Position numbers and translations under genes: made by a program | Part shown: positions 35,817-45,354 of the stretch, one piece after another | How positions within the stretch are numbered: position 1 is the first letter of the stretch | Layout: every line of letters starts with the position of its first letter | DNA from: an uncultured Gammaproteobacteria bacterium | Lineage (GTDB): Bacteria; Pseudomonadota; Gammaproteobacteria; Pseudomonadales; JAHEGP01 | NCBI GenBank assembly: GCA_963792875.1 | Contig: CAWBXV010000003.1 | Span: 32,318 to 96,317, forward strand | Length of the DNA: 64,000 bases | Reading direction: 5' to 3' | Notes under the pieces: model-generated | The model's database searches: none | What the model was told of the DNA's origin: nothing | Seen by the model: the letters and a program-made list of their open reading frames with translations, nothing else

Positions 35817-37643
35817 CGGCACCAGCACCAGGGTGGCGGCGAACAGCAGGAGCGTCAGGGGCAGGCCGCACTTGATGTAGTCTTTGAACTCGTAGCCGCC
35901 CGGCACCATGACCAGCAGGTTGGGGACCGTACCGATGGGCGTCATCAGGGCGGTGGAGGCCGCGGCGGCGGTGCCCATGAGCAGGGGATAGGGCGACACG
36001 CCCATCGTTTTAGCGGTCGCGACCACGATCGGCACCACCAGGATGGTAGCGGCGGTATTGCTGATGACCTGGCTCAGCAGGCAGGTGAGCGTGAACACGC
36101 CTGCCAGCAGAAAGACCGGCGGCAGCCCCTCCGTGAGGGCCGTGACCCCGTTGGCCAGCCACTCGGCGCCGCCGCTGTCCTGGATGGCGGTGGCCATGGG
36201 GAACATCGCGGCGATGAGGATGACGCTCTGCCAGTTGATCTCGCGGTAGCTGTCCTCCATCGACAGGCAGCCGCTCAGCACCATGGCCGCCGCTGCCAGC
36301 AGGGTGGCGGTCACTGCCGGCACCGCGCCGGTGAGCATGAGCACGACCATGCCGGCCAGAATGGCCAGGGCGGTATAGGAGTAGCGGTCGAGTGCCATGT
36401 TCTCCCTGGCCAGCCGCTTGGGGTCGCCGATCAGGATCAGCTCCTGGGGGCGGTCGGCAAAGCCGCGTATGGCCGACCAGCTGGCCCGCGCGAGGGCGAC
36501 ATCGCCCTCGCGCAGAATGGTGGCCCCGCTGGCGGTTTCGGAGTGCTTCATCAGCGAGCCGTGGCGCTGCATGGCCAGCAGCTGGATGCGCATATCCCGG
36601 TTGAGCCGGCCGGGCAGGGCCTCGCGGCCAATGAGGCTGGAGCGGGGCGGCAGCAGCACTTCGACCAGACCGATCTTCTTGGAGAACAGCACGCGCTGCT
36701 TGAGCACGTCATCCACGCTCAGTGCCTGGTAGCTGCAGCCGTGCCGCTGGGCGAGGCCTGCGACGGCGTCGGGGTCGACTTTGATCAGCAGTCGATCGCC
36801 GGGTTTGAAGGCCAGGTCCCAGGACTCGAACACGTCCTCCTGCGGCGGGCTGGTGTCGTCTGCGCGTCGATGCTGCAGCAGCACGGCGCCGAAGTCCTGC
36901 AGCAGCCGCGACTCTTCGCTGTTCTTGCCGATGAGGTCGGAACCCTCCCCGACGACCAGCTCAAAGAACTTTTCTGACAGGCCGTAGCTGGTGATCAGGC
37001 CGGCCAGCCTGCCGCCGCGCCGCTCCGGCGCGGCGGCGGCGGTGCCGCGGTGGAGCAGGCTGCGCCCGATAAAGGTCATGTACAGCGCGACGATGGCCAG
37101 CAGCGGCAGGCCGATGAGGGCGAAGGTGAAGAAGCCGAAAGGTTCCAGCCCTTGCCGGCTCAGTTCTCCGTTGACGATCAGGTTCGGCGGCGTGCCGATC
37201 ATCGTCAGCAGGCCGCCCAGGTTGGCCGCATAGGCCATGGACAGCAGCACGCGCTTGGGCTGGCTGCCGATGCCCATGATGGCGGCCAGCACGGCCGGCA
37301 GCAGCATCGCGACCACGCCGGTGTTGCTCATGAAGGCCGATAGCGCACCGGTCGCAATCATGACCAGCAGCACCAGGCGCGTCTCGCTGCTGCCGGCCAG
37401 CGCAATCATCCGCTGGCCCAGCCAGTGGGTGATGCCGGTGGCGGTGAGCCCGCCGCCGACCACGAACAGGGTGGCGATCATGACCACCGGGCCGGAGGAG
37501 AAGCCGGCCAGCGCCGCCTTGGGGTCGACCAGGCCGCACAGCAGCAGGGCCAGCATTGACATCACGGCCACGCCATCGGCGCGAAAGCGGCCGGACATGA
37601 ACAGAGCGATGGTGATCAGCAGGATGGTAAAGGTCAGCTCCAT
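35793..37643 (-). CDS. SLC13/DASS-family anion permease with central TrkA-C domains
   Basis: 616 aa: two permease halves flank a cytoplasmic region with two TrkA-C-like segments. Confidence 0.8.
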   Translation of the reverse strand: MELTFTILLITIALFMSGRFRADGVAVMSMLALLLCGLVDPKAALAGFSSGPVVMIATLFVVGGGLTATGITHWLGQRMIALAGSSETRLVLLVMIATGALSAFMSNTGVVAMLLPAVLAAIMGIGSQPKRVLLSMAYAANLGGLLTMIGTPPNLIVNGELSRQGLEPFGFFTFALIGLPLLAIVALYMTFIGRSLLHRGTAAAAPERRGGRLAGLITSYGLSEKFFELVVGEGSDLIGKNSEESRLLQDFGAVLLQHRRADDTSPPQEDVFESWDLAFKPGDRLLIKVDPDAVAGLAQRHGCSYQALSVDDVLKQRVLFSKKIGLVEVLLPPRSSLIGREALPGRLNRDMRIQLLAMQRHGSLMKHSETASGATILREGDVALARASWSAIRGFADRPQELILIGDPKRLARENMALDRYSYTALAILAGMVVLMLTGAVPAVTATLLAAAAMVLSGCLSMEDSYREINWQSVILIAAMFPMATAIQDSGGAEWLANGVTALTEGLPPVFLLAGVFTLTCLLSQVISNTAATILVVPIVVATAKTMGVSPYPLLMGTAAAASTALMTPIGTVPNLLVMVPGGYEFKDYIKCGLPLTLLLFAATLVLVPMIWPFYP

Positions 37644-38033
37644 GGCATCGTCTTCGCTCAGGTAACAGAAACGGTGCGTACCGGCCGCGTGCGCCTGCGG
37701 CCTGGTCCGGTGATGGCGTCAGCGCCTCGCGCGGGGGCGATGATCATCGGGCGCAACGCGGCCTGGCGGTGGTGCTGCGTTGCGGGATGCCACCGACTGC
37801 GCGTCGCGGCCTGCAGGTCATGCGGGGCCAAGCGGTCTGCGCAGGTAACGCCGGGTACAGCCAGCGACTGGCCTGCCGTCTTATTCTGGGTTCGCAAGCC
37901 TGGGGCCGATAGCGGGCAACTCGCTGTCTGTGCTAACGCCTCACAGGATAATTCGTTCGCGCGGGCCGGTCCATGCTTTGTTGGCCGCGGGGCCGGTCGT
38001 CGTTGGATGGGCAATGCCGCGCCGCCGCGGGCA

Positions 38034-38729
38034 TCAGTGCAGACCGCAGCATTTGTGATAGGGGCGGCCGCTGCCGCAGGGGCAGAGTAGGTCGCGCTCC
38101 TCGATGTCAACGTCCTGCGCGAAGTGCGCCAGCCTGACGTCGGGTTCGGCCGGCATCGGGCTGGCGCGCTGCGCCAGCCAGTGTGCGTGCAATGCGCGGG
38201 CGGCGGGCTCGATGCGCTCCTGCAGCATCTGCACAGTGTGCTGGCTGAGCGCCTCCAGGCTGTCAAAATGTGGTTCGGAGCCGAACAGATAGATGCAGGA
38301 GAGATGGCCGATGGCTGCCGGGGGTAGCGTGGCCCAGGTGTCCGCCCGCAGGCACACGCCGCGGATGTAGCCGAAGCACCACGCCTCTACCACCGTGTAG
38401 TAGAGGCCTTCGATCTCGCGTTCCTGGTAGATGGCCTCGAAGTTGTCTGGCTGTTCCCGCAGCGTCGTGGTGATGTGGTTCAGGTGCTGTATCAGCAGGC
38501 CGGTGAAATACTGCCTCTCCTCCTCGCTGCGCCAGCGCGGCTGCGCGCTGGCGTCGCCCCATAGGGCGGGCAGCCACTCCGCCGGCGCGATCGCCTCCGG
38601 TGCCGAGGCGATCGCGGTCAGGAAGCCGTCCAGTTCAGAGCAGTCCAGCACCGCATGGTCGTTGCCGTAGTCTCCGAGTACGCGATCGATGAAATCGAGC
38701 TCCGCGTCCGTCAAGGGGTTCGCGTACAT
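38034..38729 (-). CDS. yecA: YecA-family protein (UPF0149 domain plus C-terminal SEC-C metal-binding motif)
   Basis: The C-terminus CPCGSGRPYHKCCGLH is the SecA-type MBD. The N-terminal part resembles UPF0149/YgfB. Confidence 0.8.
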   Translation of the reverse strand: MYANPLTDAELDFIDRVLGDYGNDHAVLDCSELDGFLTAIASAPEAIAPAEWLPALWGDASAQPRWRSEEERQYFTGLLIQHLNHITTTLREQPDNFEAIYQEREIEGLYYTVVEAWCFGYIRGVCLRADTWATLPPAAIGHLSCIYLFGSEPHFDSLEALSQHTVQMLQERIEPAARALHAHWLAQRASPMPAEPDVRLAHFAQDVDIEERDLLCPCGSGRPYHKCCGLH

Positions 38730-38935
38730 AGCGTCAGTGTCTCCGTCGCTGGCGGGAGGTGGTGGGGATGCCCCTTCTTGAAGAGTCTGCAGCGGGCCCC
38801 TGAACCCGGGCGCAAGCGGGGCGTCCGCTGGCGTTCGGCACAGTACGGGCGTCGTCCGTGGCGACCGGGCTCATTGAAAGCGCGCAAGATACCACTGTCC
38901 GGCGGTCGCGGCCAGTTGCCGGGCCCCCGGCCGGG

Positions 38936-39373
38936 TCAGCGAAAGACGTCGATCAGCACATCGGCCACGACCTGCGTGGTGGTTGACACCAGGACCAGGT
39001 CGCACCCCGCCATGCGCCACTCGTAGCCGCCGTAGCTCGGCAGCTGGCTGATCACACCGTCGGGCATGCGGTGCTTGGCAATGCCCGGAGGCAGCGGTTT
39101 GCCGCGCGCCAGGTTTTTGCGGATGCCCGGGGGTAGGGGGTTGGCGCCGGACAGGCCCGCGCCCAGCGCGATCTGCCTGGCGGAGCCGACGCTGATGCCG
39201 GCGCGGATCAGCAGACCGCTCGCTGACGCGTCCGCCGCGCCTTGCCCCTGCCGGTGCTGTTCCTGTCGGGTCGGCTGCTTGTCGGGTTTGCCCTTGTCGG
39301 CCGGCGGCGCGGCATACAGGTTCAGGGGCAACGCCAACGCGCAAGCCAGGATAGTGGCAATCGGTTTGGTCAT
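38936..39373 (-). CDS. Small secreted protein with a duplicated LPPGI-(R/A)-K motif (CigR/RcnB-like)
   Basis: Signal peptide MTKPIATILACALALPLNLYA/A. Motifs NPLPPGIRKNLARGKPLPPGIAKH. GAGGAGG RBS upstream of ATG 39373; the track start (39547) is rejected. Confidence 0.5.
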   Translation of the reverse strand: MTKPIATILACALALPLNLYAAPPADKGKPDKQPTRQEQHRQGQGAADASASGLLIRAGISVGSARQIALGAGLSGANPLPPGIRKNLARGKPLPPGIAKHRMPDGVISQLPSYGGYEWRMAGCDLVLVSTTTQVVADVLIDVFR

Positions 39374-39608
39374 GGCGGCGGGTTCCTCCTCATGAATGAT
39401 TTCGTGCACGGGTTTCAGTCTAATCGATCGGCCGCGGTTCTGCCCCGGTGCGCGCCGGCAGCGACATCGCGATCGGTACCGCGCTTGAACGTTTGCCGTT
39501 CGACCAGTATAAATAGCGGGTGACTCGGTGCGCCGGCACCCCGGCACAGCGCTCGCGCAGACGTCGCGGCGACAGATCGATCGCTCACAATAAGACGGCG
39601 GAAAAGCT

Positions 39609-40595
39609 ATGAAGATCGCGGTGTTCAGTGTGAAGCCCTACGATATCATCCATCTCAACCGCTTCAATGAGCGACATCAGCTGGAATTCCTGGCGCCGCA
39701 GCTGACCGAGCAGACCGCCAGGCTCGCTGTCGGTGCTGACGCGGTGTGCTGCTTCGTCAATGATACGCTCAACAGCGCGGTCATCGATGTGCTGGCCGAC
39801 GGGGGTGTCAGGCTCATCGCGATGCGCTGCGCCGGCTACAACAACGTCGACGTCGAGGCGGCGAAGCGGGCTGGCATCGTCGTCGCGCGCGTACCGGAAT
39901 ATTCGCCCTATGCCGTGGCGGAGCACACAGTGGCCCTTATCATGGGGCTCAATCGGCAGATCATGCGCGCTCAGGCGCGCATCCGCGAGAATGATTTTTC
40001 CCTGGACGGCCTGCTGGGTTTCGACATGCATGGCAAGACGGTGGGCGTGGTGGGCACAGGCAAGATCGGTGTCGCCTTTATCCGCATCATGCGGGGATTC
40101 GGCTGTGAGGTCATCTGCCATGACCCGTTCGTCAACCCCGAGGTCACGGCCATGGGGGCCGTTTACGGCTCGCTGGACGAACTCTGGCGCAACAGCCACA
40201 TCATCTCGCTGCACTGCCCGCTGGTCGCCGCCACCCACCATCTGATCGATCGCAAGGCGCTCGACAGCATGCGGGACCGGGTCATGATCATCAACACCAG
40301 CCGGGGCGGGCTGATCGATACCTATGCCGTCATCGAGGGAATCAAATCCGGCAAGGTCGGCTATCTCGGGCTGGATGTCTACGAGGAGGAGGCCGCGCTG
40401 TTCTTCGAAAACTATTCCAGCCAGGTACTGCAGGACGATATCTTTGCGCGCCTGCTGACCTTCAACAATGTGCTGATCACGGGCCATCAGGCGTTTTTTA
40501 CCGGCGAGGCGCTCAATGCCATCGGTCAGGTGACCATGCAGAACATCAATGCCTTCTTCGAGGGCAACCCGGCGGGTATGTGCCTGGTGACCTGA
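39609..40595 (+). CDS. ldhA: D-lactate dehydrogenase / D-isomer-specific 2-hydroxyacid dehydrogenase
   Basis: MKIAVFS… start, GVVGTGKIG NAD motif, and a catalytic region (…NTSRGGLID…, …TGHQAFFT). Confidence 0.85.
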   Translation: MKIAVFSVKPYDIIHLNRFNERHQLEFLAPQLTEQTARLAVGADAVCCFVNDTLNSAVIDVLADGGVRLIAMRCAGYNNVDVEAAKRAGIVVARVPEYSPYAVAEHTVALIMGLNRQIMRAQARIRENDFSLDGLLGFDMHGKTVGVVGTGKIGVAFIRIMRGFGCEVICHDPFVNPEVTAMGAVYGSLDELWRNSHIISLHCPLVAATHHLIDRKALDSMRDRVMIINTSRGGLIDTYAVIEGIKSGKVGYLGLDVYEEEAALFFENYSSQVLQDDIFARLLTFNNVLITGHQAFFTGEALNAIGQVTMQNINAFFEGNPAGMCLVT

Positions 40596-40808
40596 CCTAG
40601 CCGACGCGCTGGCGGTGCGGGCCTGCAGGTGGTGCGATCGTTGCCGGCGGCAGTAAACGGCGATCGCCCCGCCCCGAAAGCCGTTGCCCTGCGGGGCGAC
40701 TCGTGAAAGAATCCGCCCGTCGTCGACGTAGTGGTTGCTGTCCTTGCCGTTTGAATACCTCCAGACATCCCGTCTTCGCGTTGTGCCCCGCGCCCGGAGC
40801 GCGCGCCG

Positions 40809-42998
40809 GTGAGGCCGGCGCCGGGCGTCGCGCTGCGCCTGCCGCGCCGCCTCGCGGCGGCGGCGGTCCTGCTGAGCCTGAGCGCCTGCGATGGCCGGCC
40901 GTGGAACGATCCGCACGCCGCTGAGCGGGAGGGGCAGCGGGTGTTCTACTCCCTGTTCTCGTCCCGCACCCGCAACCTCGACCCGGTCCGCACCTATAAC
41001 CGCGCCGAGGCGACGCTGATCGACAATATCTACGAGCCGCCCCTGGAATACCACTACCTGAAGCGGCCCTACGAGCTGCAACCGCTCACCCTCGAGCGCA
41101 TGCCCGAGGTGGTCTACTACGACGAGGCCGGCGCGGTACTGCCGGCCACTGCGCCGGCGCCCGCCTACTCGGTGTATACGCTGACGCTCCGGCGCGGCAT
41201 CCGCTACCAGCCGCACCCGGCGTTCGCGGTGGACGCCGCCGGCGAGCCGTTGTACCGGTTCGCCGACGCGCGGCAGAGCCGGCGCTACAAGACGCTGGAC
41301 GACTTCTCCCGGAGCGGTACGCGCGAGCTGCGCGCCGAGGACTATGTCTACCAGATCAAGCGCATGGCCGACCCCGAGCTGCAGCTGCCCATCTGGGACA
41401 TCGTGTCCGGCTACATCGTCGGGCTGACCGAGCTGCGCGAGGCCATCGTCGCGCAGCGCGCCGGCGGCAGCGGCTGGCTCAATCTGCAGACCTTGCCCCT
41501 GGAGGGGGTGCAGGTGCTCGACCCCTATACCTTCACCATCCGCCTGCGCGGCAAGTATCCGCAGTTCAAGTACTGGCTGGCGTTCCACTTCTTCGCGCCC
41601 ATCCCCATGGAGGTCGATCGCTTTTACGCGCAGCCCGGCCTGCGCGACCGCAATATCAGCCTGGCGTTCTACCCGGTGGGCACGGGCGCCTTCATGATGA
41701 CGCGCCATCAGCCCACGCGCGAGATCGTGCTGGAGCGCAATCCCAATTACCACGAGGACTACTACCCCCGGACCGGCGAGCCGGGCGACGCCGAGGCCGG
41801 CCTGCTGGCCGATGCCGGCAAGCCGCTGCCCTTCCTCGACAAGGTCGTGTTCAGCATGGAGAAGGAGCCCATTCCGGCCTGGACCAAGTTCATGCAGGGC
41901 TACTACGATGTCTCCGGCGTCAACCGGGAGAGCTTCGACCAGGCGGTCAAGGTCAACGCCGACGGCATCGGGTTGAGCGACGAGATGATCGCGCGGGGCA
42001 TCGTGCTGTTCCGCACCATCGACGCCGCCACCTACTACCTGGGCTTCAATATGACGGACGAGGTGGTCGGCGGCGACAGCGAGCGCGCCCGCAAACTGCG
42101 CCGGGCCATCGCCATCGCCTACGACGAGTCGGAGCAGATTTCCATCTTCCTCAACGGGCGCGGGGAGGTCGCCATGAGCCCCGTGCCGCCGGGTATCTTC
42201 GGCTATCGCCCGGGCCGGGCCGGCCTCAACCCCTACGTGTTCGACTGGCGCGCCGGCGCGGTCCAGCGCAAGCCGCTGGAGGAGGCGCGCCGGCTGCTGG
42301 CCGAGGCGGGCTATCCGCGCGGGCGCGACGCCCGCAGCGGCCGGCCGCTGGTGCTGAACATGGACATGACCTCCGGCTCCTCCGGCGACAGCGCGCGGCA
42401 GGTCTGGCTGATCAAGCAGTTCGAGAAGATCGACATCCAGCTGAACATCCGCGCCACGGACTACAACCGCTTCCAGGAGAAGATGGAGAAGGGCGCCGCC
42501 CAGCTGTTTTTCTGGGGCTGGTTCGCCGACTACCCCGACGCGGAGAATTTCCTGTTCCTGCTCTACGGGCCCAATGGGCGCGCCGGCAGCGGCGGCGCGG
42601 GCGTGAACTCCGCCAACTACAGCAGCGCGCGCTACGATGCCCTGTTCGACCGGGTCAAGACCATGGAGGACACCCCCGAGCGGATGGCGCTGATCGAGCA
42701 GATGCTGGCGATCTTCCACCGCGATCTGCCCTGGGCGTCCGCCTATCACCCGCAGGCCTTCGTGCTCAATAACGGCTGGGTCAAAAATTTTAAGCCGCAC
42801 GGGGTCTCTCAGGCCACGCTGAAATACCTGGACGTCGACCTGGCGGCCCGCGCGCGCAGCCAGCGTGAATGGAACCGGCCCGTGTGGTGGCCGCTGGCCC
42901 TGCTGGGGTTGGCGCTGCTGGTGGTCACCGTGCCGGGCTACCGCGCCTACCGCGCCCGGCAGCGGCGCAGCGTCGTCGGGGAGGAGGGCTCGTGCTGA
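40809..42998 (+). CDS. ABC transporter substrate-binding lipoprotein, family 5 (peptide/opine/nickel type; YejA-like)
   Basis: Lipobox LSLSAC and SBP_bac_5-like sequence throughout. It is the first gene of a four-gene ABC operon with overlapping start and stop codons. Confidence 0.85.
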   Translation: MRPAPGVALRLPRRLAAAAVLLSLSACDGRPWNDPHAAEREGQRVFYSLFSSRTRNLDPVRTYNRAEATLIDNIYEPPLEYHYLKRPYELQPLTLERMPEVVYYDEAGAVLPATAPAPAYSVYTLTLRRGIRYQPHPAFAVDAAGEPLYRFADARQSRRYKTLDDFSRSGTRELRAEDYVYQIKRMADPELQLPIWDIVSGYIVGLTELREAIVAQRAGGSGWLNLQTLPLEGVQVLDPYTFTIRLRGKYPQFKYWLAFHFFAPIPMEVDRFYAQPGLRDRNISLAFYPVGTGAFMMTRHQPTREIVLERNPNYHEDYYPRTGEPGDAEAGLLADAGKPLPFLDKVVFSMEKEPIPAWTKFMQGYYDVSGVNRESFDQAVKVNADGIGLSDEMIARGIVLFRTIDAATYYLGFNMTDEVVGGDSERARKLRRAIAIAYDESEQISIFLNGRGEVAMSPVPPGIFGYRPGRAGLNPYVFDWRAGAVQRKPLEEARRLLAEAGYPRGRDARSGRPLVLNMDMTSGSSGDSARQVWLIKQFEKIDIQLNIRATDYNRFQEKMEKGAAQLFFWGWFADYPDAENFLFLLYGPNGRAGSGGAGVNSANYSSARYDALFDRVKTMEDTPERMALIEQMLAIFHRDLPWASAYHPQAFVLNNGWVKNFKPHGVSQATLKYLDVDLAARARSQREWNRPVWWPLALLGLALLVVTVPGYRAYRARQRRSVVGEEGSC

Positions 42999-43969
42999 CC
43001 TATATCGCCAGGCGCCTGCTCTATGCGCTGCCGATCCTGTTCGGCGTCAATGTGCTGACTTTCGCGCTGTTTTTCCTGGTCAATACCCCGGAGCAGATGG
43101 CTCAGGTGCAGCTGGGCGGCAAGTTTACCTCGCCCGAGGCCGTGGCCAACTGGAAGGCCGAGCGCGGCTACGACCGGCCGCTGTTCATCAACCGCGACGC
43201 GGCGGGGCTAGGCGTGCTCACCGACACCATCTTCTTCGAGAAGTCGGTGCGGCTGTTCGTGTTCGATTTCGGCAAGTCCGATGAGGGGCGCAATATCGGG
43301 GCGGAGATTCGCGAGCGCATGTGGCCCAGCCTGGCCATTCAGGTGCCGACCCTGATCGTGGGCATCGCCGTCAATATCAGCTTCGCGCTGGTGGTGGTGC
43401 TGTTCCGTGCCAGTCTGTTCGAGCTGGCTGCGATGGTATTGTGCATCGCGCTGTTTTCGATCTCGACCGTGTTCTACATCATCGGCAGCCAGTTCTTCTT
43501 CGGCAAGCTCTGGCACCTGGTGCCGGTCAGCGGCTACCTGGAGGGGCTGGGCGCCGTGCGCTTTCTGCTGCTGCCCATCATCATCGGCGTGGTCGCGGGG
43601 ATCGGCGCCAGCACGCGCCTGTACCGCAGCATCTTCTTGGAGGAGATCCACCGCGACTACGTGCGCACGGCGCGCTCCAAGGGCGTTTCGGAGCTGCAGG
43701 TGCTGTTCAGGCACCTGCTCCCCAACGCCATGATCCCCATCCTCACCGGCGTGGTGGTGGTGATCCCGTCGCTGTTCATGGGCAGCCTGCTGATGGAGTC
43801 CTTCTTCGGCATCCCGGGCCTTGGCAGCTACACGCTCGATGCCATTCAGGCCCAGGACTTCGCCATCGTGCGCAGCATGGTGTTCCTGGGCTCGGTGCTG
43901 TACATCGCCGGCCTGCTGCTGACCGATATCTCCTATACCTGGGTCGATCCGAGGGTGCGGCTGTCATGA
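42992..43969 (+). CDS. ABC transporter permease (YejB/OppB-like)
   Basis: LTYIARRLLYALPILFGV… N-terminus typical of OppB-type permeases. GTG 42992 overlaps the SBP stop, with GGAGGAGG upstream. Confidence 0.85.
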   Translation: MLTYIARRLLYALPILFGVNVLTFALFFLVNTPEQMAQVQLGGKFTSPEAVANWKAERGYDRPLFINRDAAGLGVLTDTIFFEKSVRLFVFDFGKSDEGRNIGAEIRERMWPSLAIQVPTLIVGIAVNISFALVVVLFRASLFELAAMVLCIALFSISTVFYIIGSQFFFGKLWHLVPVSGYLEGLGAVRFLLLPIIIGVVAGIGASTRLYRSIFLEEIHRDYVRTARSKGVSELQVLFRHLLPNAMIPILTGVVVVIPSLFMGSLLMESFFGIPGLGSYTLDAIQAQDFAIVRSMVFLGSVLYIAGLLLTDISYTWVDPRVRLS

Positions 43970-45354
43970 CGGAGCCGACGACGCTGCAACCCGTGCTGCT
44001 GTGGAGCGACGGCCTGATTTTTCTGCTGGTGGCGAGCCTGCTGGCCTTCGTGGCCACCCTCAGGCGCAACCCGCAGACCCGCCAGAAGTGGGCGCAGGTG
44101 TTCCGGTCGCGCATCGGCGTCAGCTCCTTCATGGTGGTCTGCGCCTACGTGCTGGTCGCGCTGCTGGACTCGGTGCACTTTCGCGAGTCCCTGCCGGCGA
44201 CCGAGCACAGCGCCGACGTCCACTACAGCCACAGCATCCGCAGCGTACTGGACCTGCTGCTGCACGACATGCAGGAGGGCACCGAGACCACCTACTCGGC
44301 GCCGTTCGCCGTCTACTCCTTCTCGAAAGAGAACATGCTCGACGAGCAGGGCCGGCTGTACCGCGATTTTCCGCGGCTGGCGCACGGCGGCGCGCATCTG
44401 GCCGACCCGGCGCAGCGCGTCGGCGATATCCTCCAGCGCAGCGCCGTCGCGCTGGTGCGGGGCGCGCTGCTGGCCGCCGTGCTGCTGGGGCTGCTGGCGT
44501 GGCTGCGGCGGCGGCGCCTGGCGCGGGTCGGGCTGCCGTGGCGGGCCGTCAACCTGACGCTGGTCGCGCTGGTCCTGGTGTCCACCTGGGTGCTGGAGCT
44601 GGGCAGCGTCTACCATATCCTCGGTACCGACCAGGTGGGGACGGACGTGCTCTACCAGAGCGTCAAGTCCATCCGCACGGGCGTGCTCATCGGCACGCTG
44701 GCGACGCTGCTGACCCTGCCGCTGGCGATCGTGCTGGGTATCGGCGCCGGCTATTTCAAGGGCGCCGTCGACGACGTGGTGCAGTACGTCTACACCACGC
44801 TGAACTCGATTCCCGGCATTCTCCTGATCGCCGCTTCCGTGCTGCTGATCGACGTGTACATCCAGACCCACCCGGAGCGCTTCGAGCTCACGGTCGTGCG
44901 CGCGGATTTCAAGTTTCTGGCCCTGTGCTTCATCCTCGGGCTGACCAGCTGGACGACGCTGTGCCGCCTGCTGCGGGCCGAGACGCTGAAGATCAGCCAG
45001 CTCGAGTATGTGCGGGCGGCGCAGGCCTTCGGCGTCAGCCAGGCCAGGATCATCCGCCGCCACATCCTGCCCAACGTCATGCACCTCGTGCTGATCTCGC
45101 TGGTGCTGGACTTCAGCGCCTTCGTCATGGCGGAGTCGGTGCTGTCCTATATCGGCGTGGGCGTGGACGCATCGATGATGAGCTGGGGCAATATGATCAA
45201 CGCCGCGCGCTCGGAGTTGTCGCGTGACCCCAGCGTGTGGTGGAGCGTGATGTCCGCCTTCATCCTCATGGTCGTCCTGGTGCTGGCCGCCAACCTGTTT
45301 GCCGACGAGGTGCGCGCCGCCTTCGACCCCCGCAGCGCCGGAGGCCGGCGATGA
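43966..45354 (+). CDS. ABC transporter permease (YejE/OppC-like) with an extended N-terminal region
   Basis: ATG 43966 overlaps the previous stop (ATGA). The C-terminal half has the binding-protein-dependent transport signature region (…EYVRAAQAFGVSQARIIRRHILPN…). Confidence 0.85.
   Translation: MTEPTTLQPVLLWSDGLIFLLVASLLAFVATLRRNPQTRQKWAQVFRSRIGVSSFMVVCAYVLVALLDSVHFRESLPATEHSADVHYSHSIRSVLDLLLHDMQEGTETTYSAPFAVYSFSKENMLDEQGRLYRDFPRLAHGGAHLADPAQRVGDILQRSAVALVRGALLAAVLLGLLAWLRRRRLARVGLPWRAVNLTLVALVLVSTWVLELGSVYHILGTDQVGTDVLYQSVKSIRTGVLIGTLATLLTLPLAIVLGIGAGYFKGAVDDVVQYVYTTLNSIPGILLIAASVLLIDVYIQTHPERFELTVVRADFKFLALCFILGLTSWTTLCRLLRAETLKISQLEYVRAAQAFGVSQARIIRRHILPNVMHLVLISLVLDFSAFVMAESVLSYIGVGVDASMMSWGNMINAARSELSRDPSVWWSVMSAFILMVVLVLAANLFADEVRAAFDPRSAGGRR

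Noticed and set aside
39585-42800. 1071-codon minus-strand ORF.
   Set aside because: It lies antisense to ldhA and the ABC substrate-binding gene, both of which have clear family signatures. Its own translation has no motifs. It is a shadow ORF.
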